Part shown: positions 46,001 through 52,280 of the stretch, one piece after another | How positions within the stretch are numbered: the first letter of the stretch is position 1 | Layout of the letters: each line of letters begins with the position of its first letter | IMG/VR virus record: IMGVR_UViG_3300027741_000074 | Location: 1-57,535 of that record | Direction: 5' to 3' (one strand) | Length of the DNA: 57,535 bases | Source: a virus | Taxonomy: Duplodnaviria > Caudoviricetes | The notes under the pieces: generated by a model | What the model was told of the DNA's origin: nothing | The model's database searches: none | The model's input: the letters and a program-made list of their open reading frames with translations, nothing else | Translations under genes and position numbers: made by a program

Positions 46001-46769
46001 CCTCACGCTTTGCGCTAGCGGATGATTGGATGAGATCGCCGAGGTCTTTATCGTTCTTGGCAAGTTCGCCAACAGTACGGCGGAACATATCAAACCTGAA
46101 ACTCTCCGAAGTATTACTGAGACCACCGTTAATTGGTTTTACCGATTGGTCAATACGGTATAGATCAGACGTAGAGATTGCGCCTGAAGCAAGCAACGAA
46201 TCTACTTCGCCCTTGACGCTATCGGGCTTTGCCGTAGGGCCAGTATACAACGAACGACTGCCATCGTCCTCATCAATTGCTGCAACGCTATACTCACCGC
46301 GATCTACAGCGGACATCTTCGCACGTTTGACGAGCGACTTGTCTGCGAGCATCTCATCAACCAAAGGCTGAAGGTCGGCAACTTGCTCAGGAGCATTCGG
46401 TTTGAGTGCAAGATACTTATTAAGGGTAGCTACCTTAGCATCATTTGGGTCAATCCCGCTCTCACTTCCAGTGCGAAGATGGTCCAATACAAATCGTGCA
46501 TTGGTATCGCTATTCTGTGTGGGGCCAACAAGACTGCCGAGAAAACTATTTTGCTCATCCTCTGGAGCGTCTGGAGAAATAAGCCCATCACTAATAGCGC
46601 GCTCTTGAACGCCTGAGATAATCTCTCTTTCGTTATCCTCATTAAGCATTCCTGCTTTGTAGTACCCTGATCGAACATAGTTTGCGTAGTTCTTCAGGTT
46701 ATCGACTGGATCAGGTTGAAGTTGGTCTTCGGTGTTTGTCCAGTCGTCGTATGATTTAATTTCCAGCAT
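34080..46769 (-). CDS. Giant (4229 aa) putative internal virion/ejection protein with a zincin-like metallopeptidase domain
   Basis: Single 12.7-kb ORF at the end of an operon of Ala/Gln-rich genes. Contains AGLYD...HELIH...EEF, a degenerate EELAH copy, Gly/Ala-rich hydrophobic helices and a C-terminal GFYPRN...PFVRW region. Confidence 0.7.
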   Translation of the reverse strand: MLEIKSYDDWTNTEDQLQPDPVDNLKNYANYVRSGYYKAGMLNEDNEREIISGVQERAISDGLISPDAPEDEQNSFLGSLVGPTQNSDTNARFVLDHLRTGSESGIDPNDAKVATLNKYLALKPNAPEQVADLQPLVDEMLADKSLVKRAKMSAVDRGEYSVAAIDEDDGSRSLYTGPTAKPDSVKGEVDSLLASGAISTSDLYRIDQSVKPINGGLSNTSESFRFDMFRRTVGELAKNDKDLGDLIQSSASAKREAKTAEQRTTGEAIFEGAKTVVSYPFIKFGEAVVDTGNFLMGKETKEPAYAPDTKVSDILAGNDEIRKKFSAEEIEKFSNDLTTTAAGAVYRADRPETGIATDSMGNTLIAPQLLANKQAFEAAVTAAPLNKEQQKQARFERGVLLEQNAPDLKRVILEEEPEAVGAYAKAKADGLTDAQFVEQWVGNSKNYDGFNTRLEQFGKSAWKNVVEFPVGIAALSGNEQAAKYMSDMAKDQSRREEYAKLFGDQFGLGFQIINTIPQVATDIALTIGTGGVFAGAKTLAKTGALSAKSMLRTSAKFALSNVDEAAALAFKSAAAAGGEAGIGNAIKSVGASLATKFAEQSPVFTTSFIRSATSTYGSIYSQLPDTMSHEEKHKNALGYALAAGLSTGVITSGMGLLGHGGVEEVATNRVRAMFAGETEESVLASGGKVVPVDKMNYRQAKQVYENLKNDGQFVSDAAFQKAMRGAISGTYKNWMRTTIGGALHESVEEALDQGVQMKLEDAALDKETPLSEKVAQVFTAGFIGGVMGGATSGAMQFGKVNKSEQALVYEGRASALENVANQLRKTNSNATADYVQRMIDDARSKANAATQADIKAQEGVSKGKSTEVVADAKEKPVVPIDTFLQAFFGKPQTQEEAQPETVTFLNDLIGEPASVGEFSGTLELADDQEEVRLKLDKPYTQKGGVTITHMNLGPRLQNADNVITKYPTLMRTGDDLYGVKAGTPYVLVGKSKQKFAPKPLPEGQVVDNRFEVMRDDDGIVRSITIKDAVSLNNGIVSMPVSVTNPSMIRAFAKEYNIDIAPPAPELVDGQLQFGFAEGEIKDAEAPTEEEVAKRTEGQLEFNLDQTPEQQATQAVLTDYDKKIADLKERIKDPKLNEVRKVGLQVRLKSLQKARRNYSAETIQMGMLTPDQQALYNSPDVEWNTQLDQIRNSYELTQDISPVVSKILNGKLNNKYVTASTFESIDSDLLDVVQSMADDIISFASDTDNQVSDKIRKETLSYYGNLSNRIDLVREYIDERDIESIKYDLEKEGIKVTQQLQKPEPKPYPVTNILHYLISKGKLKTVDIVAGLEAEGATGPLTRQTLTGFKYIPETREIEFNDADGNVIYFPLSNVDISSKEIQKKLSQNEANAKAFIKEEKAAAKAAANAPEPEVEPEIPLDERVTSFLTLVNGYVGRVNELNGRIETLKKSRTDKARVQAELKVIRSEANQAIKDTLTSLVAEIKERNDLQEGLRREMVDQITASIFGKGGFVPVSGSKAQFGKIIEPSVGLKTKSVVYPADKFRVSTEEDFFNQLVQSGQVVNLPTVGATIASAANMFTTNNGLLTYPAFSEAIIERVENEGQEVANPNAYIKDKNNLLRERVHKLYPPTGSVKYVFEGPQGTQVNAKLASQLESKRVELSNIKTKAEAKNYNASTQIATIEKEIAELRKKVKDVPKYNIGKAAFDMVRSQEFTDQFYPVERGYLNNEAVTYGVFTNDLEITRAQIADGLRIVIPASFKGVLNPAIHVASDGVTVDGYFEPARDNPVLIGQYRSKLDTRRNSSEDPDDKDRRTKYDVRAELFVDNMVKPSDIKKFDLGTSGLIKLVFDGATRFLTSNAYSPNPDVKLPLTTEGIEDAASDALVDFTSQLNEYRLAQHVVKKVIASLDWKARIKNEEGRELVARAIDTNVSDTKIEFGDLPQNLRRLLIKEDSNNLTDAVKNSNLTYYVREMFSGLDDKTIANNIVKLGIGFQGTDPTSVMKQYGMYLFQNATNIEGKFYTMPDPRKYLTTTQIVDGKAKTNLGRDFFTIANKHAKRERADSTNLPSISIDALQETFGGDFEFSDLIAGGRPDWQILLDATQQRREMGLTLNDYTDNTYSERFGVALSPFDSVFHDRGQLLAAELENTVKGNKELGKAFRDIAKMVGLDTPAELAKISDDVLVSVLAKKLSDDSLFRTNNGYANITMALLSETEVGQRAAGLMILKGWLPPVMIETRDNRLVQVPLRSPSERENKTPASPPTPPNASPVGFVIVEEGKRVREAEAKGQHVTTIEEAERYQANRDKALAKVAGTLTNLGEEKAIALQTIEDARARISDGFKILEAIIQPEAGEDVLNLANTDFWNNSGTVNRIISRFTKEQLDALNGEIGSLKTKLSNYEKLQKSGRKERTKELSRIDKAIARYVKALKDPRLPNDSDKKIIFRQKYDELSSLKYHIIFNGQAIIDGLKNSIALRQSQIDGINKRTGNGAELLDSVILDIESSFRQLKNNREYVARLSDKSKEVIDIAVKRIEYLMSLPEWERLAKATENHPAQLRFKTKLTPEQRSRVDKYIKSLEVRQAYDAFATQRKEDLRNALITNGVNVFGSDLLTTYVDPVDVVPSEFFEEVTTTRTPEEIAQNLQQFGESLSAITGGVNVNPNAVEVTELPTRVTEGGQTKVLSKVRPVSYESEIPSNAVDYATRMTNEGVVRALPKTRSIERMTIDFSLSTLDPALREVARQENIRMMNELGLVSEDSNSILRALSVLGNRGTAQQQAIVSILNAAPDLIRSVNIGIVDMQASFAGLYDKSNNTILLNLSEHNGRGLADVLLHELIHAVTVKVINNPTTAQQSAAVQRLEQIRNFALANAIKNGIDTDPTMQLGLSSLEEFVTYALTAPEFTPLLNGLTKPQERTILRRMIDAVLSIFGFEAKSKPQTANAINELLDFTKMSLAHSNTFNMDSRWASTLPNVPSENAKASNITRLKAAEKIQQTLRNAAEGSDAILLATTTPSGRVDVVSEMQRILPEGITLEFDNTMLGQLGARRSKPNSIIVNPDTVNDLVYGLTPANARSAVRTFVDEELAHLASYRTFTEDDFANIAKGMGEGMRGLVADMLYSNSESDYTKRQAMIAADLESGALRESDIAAEWVRSEMTRIAVGRSREENLAFLRTNPSLLAKFVEAVRAFVTKLKAQFATNPTASTAAKISMASREFRSLRNGGVLPAPELSTAGELGDTTHFINAVEGNIAEGQEDRTSFNLPIASTNPSKVAEFWKKAQEKMYDMPLELRRFINQRDGSLGSIEYTMSDFAKKYPKLRDEALSAGIAIEDIGTILGTTAPAVQGEARKELQRKVRQFKADNAEDPNITRLAEDYEAKLSQPIADQFYVEFRKEQMAMENQLRARGFGTLVDYLVEFRQEINKYKQIINFDESNDVYLTRTFNYFTTEGWSLAASKGGVVEIDGKTVDFNKLRSAAADHFKAEVLFDAKQEGQTLTEEQVASKTIAYLDKYLKKLDEQAAESKELGTFNTVKRDVNLLLHKKDFDAPLRELLGEVTDPFENAVRTIYSVGRLAANDRFLRNFAREAVKTGLASRERTDSMELLFHPSQNAELGELAGLYVRSDVAAAVRQELGPKNRDQDTRSMELINSIGKGLAWVSGAAVTTQTLGSVGFYPRNILGGMALSAAQGIINPLYAREAARLSIRANILAAESQEQRDTIRRLTELQILRDETRGRMAMDMLNGFTAGVDEQLDDLLNELVEVQATGDISKIAKRFNLKKGTKVTVEFLASLNNVIDSAFKVNAYMYELDQLKKAYGTESLSSLEVRAARKVKLTFPTHSDQVSVAKSFNKSPFAMIVLPFVRWKSEVLRTMINTVPLAMEEINSGNDVMKARGIKRLVGFSSTVAGGGTAFGLVFGTLFSLLSGGKDDEDKALGRVLTNEELSTLREGLPDWQKNHGVFARLVGKDGIQVIDMSNILPHSQLTDIVKLGAQGNVKGIGEYIAKDLIGTQIAANALFEVSKNQDGFGNPIALQSDNVVQAYGKLLAHLGKSAFLPSIAKKGYEVFRYGQQDAGLLIAGELTGARPTIMKKSDIEYRAMSKIRSAMDEDLALLNPIYSAKGFDVGNVGDQVGKYQSATNVTQGRLYDFIQGMKSLGSTEEGLITTGKRARISNQRLGYAIAGENYSWVPNEAAFKKIIENKTRGGEQDPMPLVDELIRVTVPNKPINYNVAQPFIK

Positions 46770-46795
46770 GGTGGGAATTTAGTTGTGTGTTGGTG

Positions 46796-47560
46796 TTATG
46801 GTGAGAGAGTCGGTTGTTTTGCGAAAAGAGATTTTGGTCCTGCTTGAGCTTGTGGTGTTACCCCTTGGACTTTAGATTTCATGTACTTGCTACGGATAGT
46901 GCGTGCAATGCCGAACTTATCAATAGGGGATGCTTCAGCGGCAGCTTGTTGTTCTTCAGGTGTTCCAAAAATGTCGATGATGTCAGTTACCTTACCAGCA
47001 CTGACGGGATCTTTGAACTCATTGATAGGCCGCTTTGCAATGTCTTCGCCCATCTTAACTGAGTCGAGACCGCTCATCATGCTGGTAACGGCTTTGTCAT
47101 CTGAGGTGGCACGCGATGTACCTGTAGTGGCACTTAGTGCCGCGTTGTATCTAAACTTTGCTGTTTCGTTGTTAACGATAAGCGGAGCTAAGTTGATTCC
47201 AATCTGAGCTACAAGAGGTTTACGCTGCTCCTCAGGGGCTTTAAGGGCCATAGTGAGTTGCTGTCCCAAAGTGTCAACAGCTTCATTCATACCTAAAGCA
47301 GAAGCAGATTTCCTGCGTGCGTCCTCAAGCTGCAAACGGGTAACTTCAAATTGCTGTGCTCTTTGCTTGAGTTCAAGATCACGAGCGGCACTTACCTGAA
47401 GCCGATTACGCTCTGCCTCAACTGCACGAATCTGAGCACCACCACTTAAACCGCTATTCGACATAGCGTTAAAGTAATTACTCACAAGGGGTTGAATGTC
47501 CCCCTCGTAAGTCATTGGTTGTTCTTCTGTAGCACTTCGATAGCTTGGCATATTATTCAA
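46796..47560 (-). CDS. Putative internal virion protein
   Basis: 254 aa, helical, directly upstream of the giant gene. Confidence 0.5.
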   Translation of the reverse strand: MNNMPSYRSATEEQPMTYEGDIQPLVSNYFNAMSNSGLSGGAQIRAVEAERNRLQVSAARDLELKQRAQQFEVTRLQLEDARRKSASALGMNEAVDTLGQQLTMALKAPEEQRKPLVAQIGINLAPLIVNNETAKFRYNAALSATTGTSRATSDDKAVTSMMSGLDSVKMGEDIAKRPINEFKDPVSAGKVTDIIDIFGTPEEQQAAAEASPIDKFGIARTIRSKYMKSKVQGVTPQAQAGPKSLFAKQPTLSP

Positions 47561-49037
47561 TTACTTTGAACTTCTTACGGAGACCTGTCATGTACTTTGA
47601 CCGTTCAGCATTAGACAAAGCTTTGTACTCTTCGTCCGAGTACTGCTGCCTACGCGCATTCAAGATAGCTTCCTCCTTGCGTTGCATTGTATTTAACCCT
47701 GCTTCCGCAGCTTTAGTGGCTGTGTCTTGTTGGAGTGTTTCGCCAATAATCTTGCCTGTTCCTAAGATAGTTTTCATAGGACTTAGTGCGCCTGCTGCTC
47801 CGCTGTATAGCATACCTTTATCAGCAGCATCACGTACTTCATTAGTCATCGCTTCACGTTGTTCTGGCGAGAGAGCAAACCTGCCTACGTCAACTAGCTC
47901 AGATGCGACAGCAAGCGGTACTGCTGCTTTACCTAAGACCTTACCTGTTTTGCTTGCTACAGAAGCAACACCAGCAAAAGGCTCAACGATCTTTGCAACT
48001 TTAGCAAGTCGTGATGCCTCTGCCGCAGCTTTAGATGCAGCCGAAGTTGCGGCCATAGCGTTCTCTGCCGCCGCTACCGAAACCCTCCCCCCTTTGGCTA
48101 GCTTACGTAAAAGCTCTTCTTTTCTTTGAACATCCGCTAGATCTTTAGCTAACGCCGCAGAATTTCTTGCTGCTCCAGCAGCGTCCATTCCTTTAGTAAT
48201 GTTAAGTGCATCTGCTGCTTTTGCACCTAAAGCTGTACGACCTACCATGCCAGTGCCGAGTTTAGCTAATGCCGCACCTACAACAGCAGGTCTAGCAATA
48301 GAGTACCCCTCACTAATAAGTGATGCTTCGGGTTGCGTTGCTTCAATTTCTGTAACGTCAGATGGTGAAGCTCCTACAGCCCTCTTTGGGGTAGGTGTAG
48401 TCGTAGCACTGCCAGCAGCCGTTGGGGCGGCAGCAGCAGCAGCCGCTTTAGCAATCGCGCCTTCACGTTTACTGACAGCCTGAAGATTCTTAAAGGCATT
48501 CTGCACAGCTTGATCGGCATCGGCAAAGGACAGACCTGACTGGACTCCTGCTGCCGTAGCACGCTTGCGACCTTCTGGCGTATTGAGTGCACTCGTAGCA
48601 CCGACAGCCATCGACTTATTAACATCGCCGTAGAACTGTTCAGGATTAGAGTAGAGTTCCTTCTCGCCTCTTAGCTTACGCAAAGCATTCTGCGTTTCAA
48701 AACCGCTTTTGTCACCGAAGCTTTTGAATCTACCCAACTGCGCTCGATCAACGGCGCGACCTTCTGAAAAGAACTTATCTTTTTCAGACATACCTGTTGT
48801 GCTTTCAGGTTGTCCTAAAAGGTTCATGCCCGTCTTCGTAATCGACTCGCCTGCATCCCGCAACTGCTTTTCTTTTTCAGCAGCCAAACGACCTTCCCTA
48901 AATGTTTTTAAGGCTTCTGCACTAGGCAAGTTAGTGCCGAGGATAGCTTTCTCTTCGTCGGTAGCAGCGTTAGAATCAGCATAAACAATGCGGTCCTTAG
49001 GTTCTGCTTCTGCGCGTCTAGTAATTGTTTTAGCCAT
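47553..49037 (-). CDS. Putative internal virion protein (Ala/Gly-rich)
   Basis: 494 aa with Ala-rich amphipathic helices typical of ejection proteins. Confidence 0.5.
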   Translation of the reverse strand: MAKTITRRAEAEPKDRIVYADSNAATDEEKAILGTNLPSAEALKTFREGRLAAEKEKQLRDAGESITKTGMNLLGQPESTTGMSEKDKFFSEGRAVDRAQLGRFKSFGDKSGFETQNALRKLRGEKELYSNPEQFYGDVNKSMAVGATSALNTPEGRKRATAAGVQSGLSFADADQAVQNAFKNLQAVSKREGAIAKAAAAAAAPTAAGSATTTPTPKRAVGASPSDVTEIEATQPEASLISEGYSIARPAVVGAALAKLGTGMVGRTALGAKAADALNITKGMDAAGAARNSAALAKDLADVQRKEELLRKLAKGGRVSVAAAENAMAATSAASKAAAEASRLAKVAKIVEPFAGVASVASKTGKVLGKAAVPLAVASELVDVGRFALSPEQREAMTNEVRDAADKGMLYSGAAGALSPMKTILGTGKIIGETLQQDTATKAAEAGLNTMQRKEEAILNARRQQYSDEEYKALSNAERSKYMTGLRKKFKVIE

Positions 49038-49048
49038 AGTAGTTTAGA

Positions 49049-49549
49049 TTATTTGTAGTACCCTTTTTTGGTGCCGTTATCAAAGGGGATATTGGGTGCA
49101 GGTGCTTGGTACTGGTAAGGGTTTGCAGCAGATGCTGCTTTGTTCATTGCTTGGAGTTGCCGAAGGTAACTAATGTGATCTTGTTGTTGCTCAGGAGTTT
49201 CGTACATTCCTTTCATATATCCAGCACCGCCTTTTTGTTTCGGGTTAAACAGAGTACCAGCATCAGCCATTTTTAATTTCCTATCTACCTCAGTAGAAAG
49301 GCGGTTTCTGCGGATCTGATCCATTGCAGATTTTTCAATACCGCTAGCATAGGCATCATCTTGACCGAAAGACTTATTACGCAACCCGCCGTAATCCGCT
49401 TTCTCTTGCATTGGTTGCAGACGGATGCCTGATTGATACTGTGCCTCTTCTAATTTTTTCTTAGAATCAAACCCACCGTATAAAGACATTCCATTATTGC
49501 TATACGTAGGTTTAGCATTATTGAAAAACGAGGGTTGTTGCATAGCCAT
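49049..49549 (-). CDS. Hypothetical (possible internal virion) protein
   Basis: Gln/Gly/Tyr-rich ORF in the same operon. Confidence 0.5.
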   Translation of the reverse strand: MAMQQPSFFNNAKPTYSNNGMSLYGGFDSKKKLEEAQYQSGIRLQPMQEKADYGGLRNKSFGQDDAYASGIEKSAMDQIRRNRLSTEVDRKLKMADAGTLFNPKQKGGAGYMKGMYETPEQQQDHISYLRQLQAMNKAASAANPYQYQAPAPNIPFDNGTKKGYYK

Positions 49550-49564
49550 AATCAATTATTAGTG

Positions 49565-49855
49565 TTACCAGTTGTAGTGGCAAGCCCACCACTTAGGGGT
49601 TGTTTTGTCCTTCTCAGATGAACAGTTCATGCGAGACTTGAAATTAGCGCGACGTTTGCTGTCATGGTGCTGCAAGAAGTCTTGGTAGCCCCTTTGCCCA
49701 AACTTAACTTTGGCGACCTTAGAGCCATCCTTAGCGAGCACCACGTACTTCTTAGGGTCTCCAGCAGGTGCCTTCTTCGGCTTGTTGAAGCCAGCAAAAA
49801 TCTCGCCGTGGTATTTGATCTTACCATCTGGGGTTCTTTTGAATTGAGTAGGCAC
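49565..49855 (-). CDS. Small basic conserved viral protein (KVKFG..GY.DF...RR.NF..R..C...WW.C...W family)
   Basis: Motif pattern recalled from small basic proteins of aquatic phages and large DNA viruses; function unknown. Confidence 0.6.
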   Translation of the reverse strand: MPTQFKRTPDGKIKYHGEIFAGFNKPKKAPAGDPKKYVVLAKDGSKVAKVKFGQRGYQDFLQHHDSKRRANFKSRMNCSSEKDKTTPKWWACHYNW

Positions 49856-49862
49856 TCACGGA

Positions 49863-49891
49863 ATCATGCACCAGTCAAATCAAAATTGCAA
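49863..49891 (-). promoter_or_regulatory. sigma70-like promoter TTGCAA-N17-CATGAT
   Basis: GTG 49855 is 7 nt after the -10 box. Confidence 0.55.
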
Positions 49892-49941
49892 GTAATTATT
49901 TTACCCTGTACCTTGTATCCTGAATCCTGTACGCTTCATCA

Positions 49942-50232
49942 GTGGTTCCGAAGAGCGTTCAAATTGCAGGGTACAGGATTCCGATTAAGGTCAAGGACCT
50001 TAGCGGCGATCCGTACGGGCAATACCTTCCTGATAAGAAGATCATCGAACTGGATAAGGATACGGTTAAGGACAAGAAGCTCTTGCGCGAAACCCTACGG
50101 CACGAAATGGTTGAGGCATCGCTGTGCATCTCAGGCGTAAGCTGGAGCGAAAGATATGAGCAAGAGCCTATCGTTCGCGCTCTCGACGAGATCTTCTGGC
50201 CTGCTTGGGATAAGGTCTCAGGCAAGCTCTGA
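49942..50232 (+). CDS. Small zincin-fold (metallopeptidase-like) protein
   Basis: PKSVQIAG..I.I...YGQY.....I.L...ETLRHEMVEA; the HExxH motif is altered to HExxE. Confidence 0.55.
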   Translation: MVPKSVQIAGYRIPIKVKDLSGDPYGQYLPDKKIIELDKDTVKDKKLLRETLRHEMVEASLCISGVSWSERYEQEPIVRALDEIFWPAWDKVSGKL

Positions 50233-50253
50233 AAATTTCCGCTACAGGATACC

Positions 50254-50385
50254 TATAAATACTCTCTCCTTTAGGTAATTCATATTAACTCACTAATTCA
50301 GTTCTTTTAATTTCTTCTGAATTACTGAATTATTATGAATTACAGTAGTTTGGGAAACTCTTCAGATTTTCCTGCCGTGTAGAAA
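50254..50385. repeat. AT-rich inverted-iteron element, copy 2
   Basis: Same orientation and conserved blocks as 23241-23372, with a divergent centre. Confidence 0.85.
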
Positions 50386-50401
50386 AGCCCATTCTAAGAC
50401 C

Positions 50402-52213
50402 TCAATCGTAGATCGCATGAGAGTGTTTTGACCTGCTTACGACATCAAGATCTCTCAGCGTGCGTGGCTGTCTTGCGCCAAACATTGTGTGCTCCTTGTT
50501 CTTCGGCGCGTCAACCGCGACCAGTCCGTGCCTCTGTCTTGCCAGATCGAGTGCAATAAACGCTGCGTCCGCGATGTCAGGCGACTGGCCTGAACGCTGC
50601 TTGAGTTCTGCTTTGGTCTCGACCTTCACCTTCAACGTGCCAGACTTGACCATATCGTAGCGTCTCGTACACATTTCCTTTGCAAGATCGGCGTTAATGC
50701 CACAGATCTGTTGCGTCCGCATAAACTCCTTGCCGACGAACCAAAGCTCTGAGACTCGATTGGTGTACAACTCCTCGCCAGTAAGCTGACTGTTCATGCT
50801 TACCCTACGCTCCGATGCTTTGCCACCGAACTGCACGCGCAAGAACTGATCTGACCACTCGCCTGCAAGCACGTCACAAAACGGCGAGCCTGCTCCTGTA
50901 GAGTCAATCGCTACGTTTTCAGGCTTAATGCCAAACTTGAGGCAGTGATCCCGAATCTGATGCACGATCTGATATGTCCTCGGCACAGCCTTATTTGTTG
51001 TGTCGTCGTTTAGTGTGATGAAGTCCTCAAACTTTAAGCCGTATTGCCCATTAGTGAACGTACCAACCCTTGCCGTGTACATGACCGTCCTGTCCCCGCC
51101 ATTTGTAAAGGCTGGATCGACTCCTGCAATCAGCGTCGTCGGACCACTGAAGTCCCATGACTTCGTTGCGCCTGACTTGATCATTTCCGCTTCGCCGTAG
51201 ATGCCTTCGTTCTCGTCTGAGTCAAAGAAGACGGCACGAACCATTCGATAGTACGCCCTACTCGTCTCTCCTAAGAGGGCTTTATCCTCCTCAATCTTTT
51301 CGGTCGTAGGTAAGAATGGGTACAGAGTCTGTCCTGCAAGCACGTTAGGGCTACGTTCGCCGTCGAGTCGGATGTATTTGCCACCCCACTTTGTGACCCA
51401 CTCGTCATCCACTTCGGGCGTGACCGACTCCCATCCGTCTTTTGGCGTAGACCAGTCACCGAATGCATCGAAGCGACTTGAGGGGTTACTCGCGCCCTTA
51501 AACTCAAATCTCGGATTCTTACTCAAGTTGGCGAGTGCCGCTTGCTTAATGGCTGGCGAGAGTTCGCCCAACTCGTCACCAATCAAGATGACGTGTTTCT
51601 GTTTAAGACCGATGAACTTGCCGATAGCCTCACGCGTCCTGCTTTTTTCGGCAGCAATCAACGACAAGCCAGCCCTATCAAAGGTCTGCCCGTTCTCATC
51701 GACGTAGTTTGCAGAGCCAATCGAGTCCCGAATGTTTATCGGTGCTCCGTCAATGACGGACAACAAAGAGATCACGGAACCCCACACCCGCTTACGAGCC
51801 TCACGCAAAGTGGTTGAGGTCATCAAGACGAGCGTGTCCCTCGGAGCGGCAAGCCAACTGATGATGCCATAACCTGCAAGGGTATGTGATTTGCCTGACG
51901 ATGCAGCCCCACCAATTGCAAGATACTTGTTGTTGATGCACTCGTGAACGATCTTGTCTGCCCACGGATGACGGACAAACATGTGTTCAGGCAGGTCGTC
52001 CTTGTTCCACAATAGGTCCGCAACGCGCCAGAAGTAGAACTCACGAGCCTTCGGTGACGGATGGTTCGCAAAGCCCCACAGCAAAGCGGTAAGCGTACTG
52101 GTGATGGGGATCAGGTACCCACCGACATCCATCTTCTTGCTTACGGAATCAATCCTCGGCTCCAGTACTGAATTAGTAATCTTATCTGGATTCTGTTTCT
52201 TGGGCCTGCCCAT
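50402..52213 (-). CDS. terL: Terminase large subunit
   Basis: Walker A GAASSGKS, Walker B ILIGDE, coupling motif ASNP, and nuclease acidic motifs GVDPA, IDSTG and SPDIADA. Start moved to ATG 52213. Confidence 0.9.
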   Translation of the reverse strand: MGRPKKQNPDKITNSVLEPRIDSVSKKMDVGGYLIPITSTLTALLWGFANHPSPKAREFYFWRVADLLWNKDDLPEHMFVRHPWADKIVHECINNKYLAIGGAASSGKSHTLAGYGIISWLAAPRDTLVLMTSTTLREARKRVWGSVISLLSVIDGAPINIRDSIGSANYVDENGQTFDRAGLSLIAAEKSRTREAIGKFIGLKQKHVILIGDELGELSPAIKQAALANLSKNPRFEFKGASNPSSRFDAFGDWSTPKDGWESVTPEVDDEWVTKWGGKYIRLDGERSPNVLAGQTLYPFLPTTEKIEEDKALLGETSRAYYRMVRAVFFDSDENEGIYGEAEMIKSGATKSWDFSGPTTLIAGVDPAFTNGGDRTVMYTARVGTFTNGQYGLKFEDFITLNDDTTNKAVPRTYQIVHQIRDHCLKFGIKPENVAIDSTGAGSPFCDVLAGEWSDQFLRVQFGGKASERRVSMNSQLTGEELYTNRVSELWFVGKEFMRTQQICGINADLAKEMCTRRYDMVKSGTLKVKVETKAELKQRSGQSPDIADAAFIALDLARQRHGLVAVDAPKNKEHTMFGARQPRTLRDLDVVSRSKHSHAIYD

Positions 52214-52220
52214 ACGATTG

Positions 52221-52271
52221 ACCCTACCAAAATAAAAAAGGTTTGACAAGTAATTGTTTTTGCGTTTATCT
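52221..52271. promoter_or_regulatory. Overlapping divergent promoters for terL (-) and the terS-like gene (+)
   Basis: - strand TTGTCA-N17-TAGGGT, 7 nt before ATG 52213; + strand TTGACA-N17-TTATCT, 9 nt before GTG 52281. The two -35 boxes overlap at 52243-52249. Confidence 0.55.
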
Positions 52272-52280
52272 CGACTCGTT

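Noticed and set aside
34080-46769. Virion RNA polymerase (N4- or crAss-like) or DarB-like methylase-helicase
   Set aside because: The size fits, but I could not find DxDGD/DFDID, T7-type polymerase motifs, NPPY/F or DExH motifs by eye. A highly diverged enzyme is not excluded.
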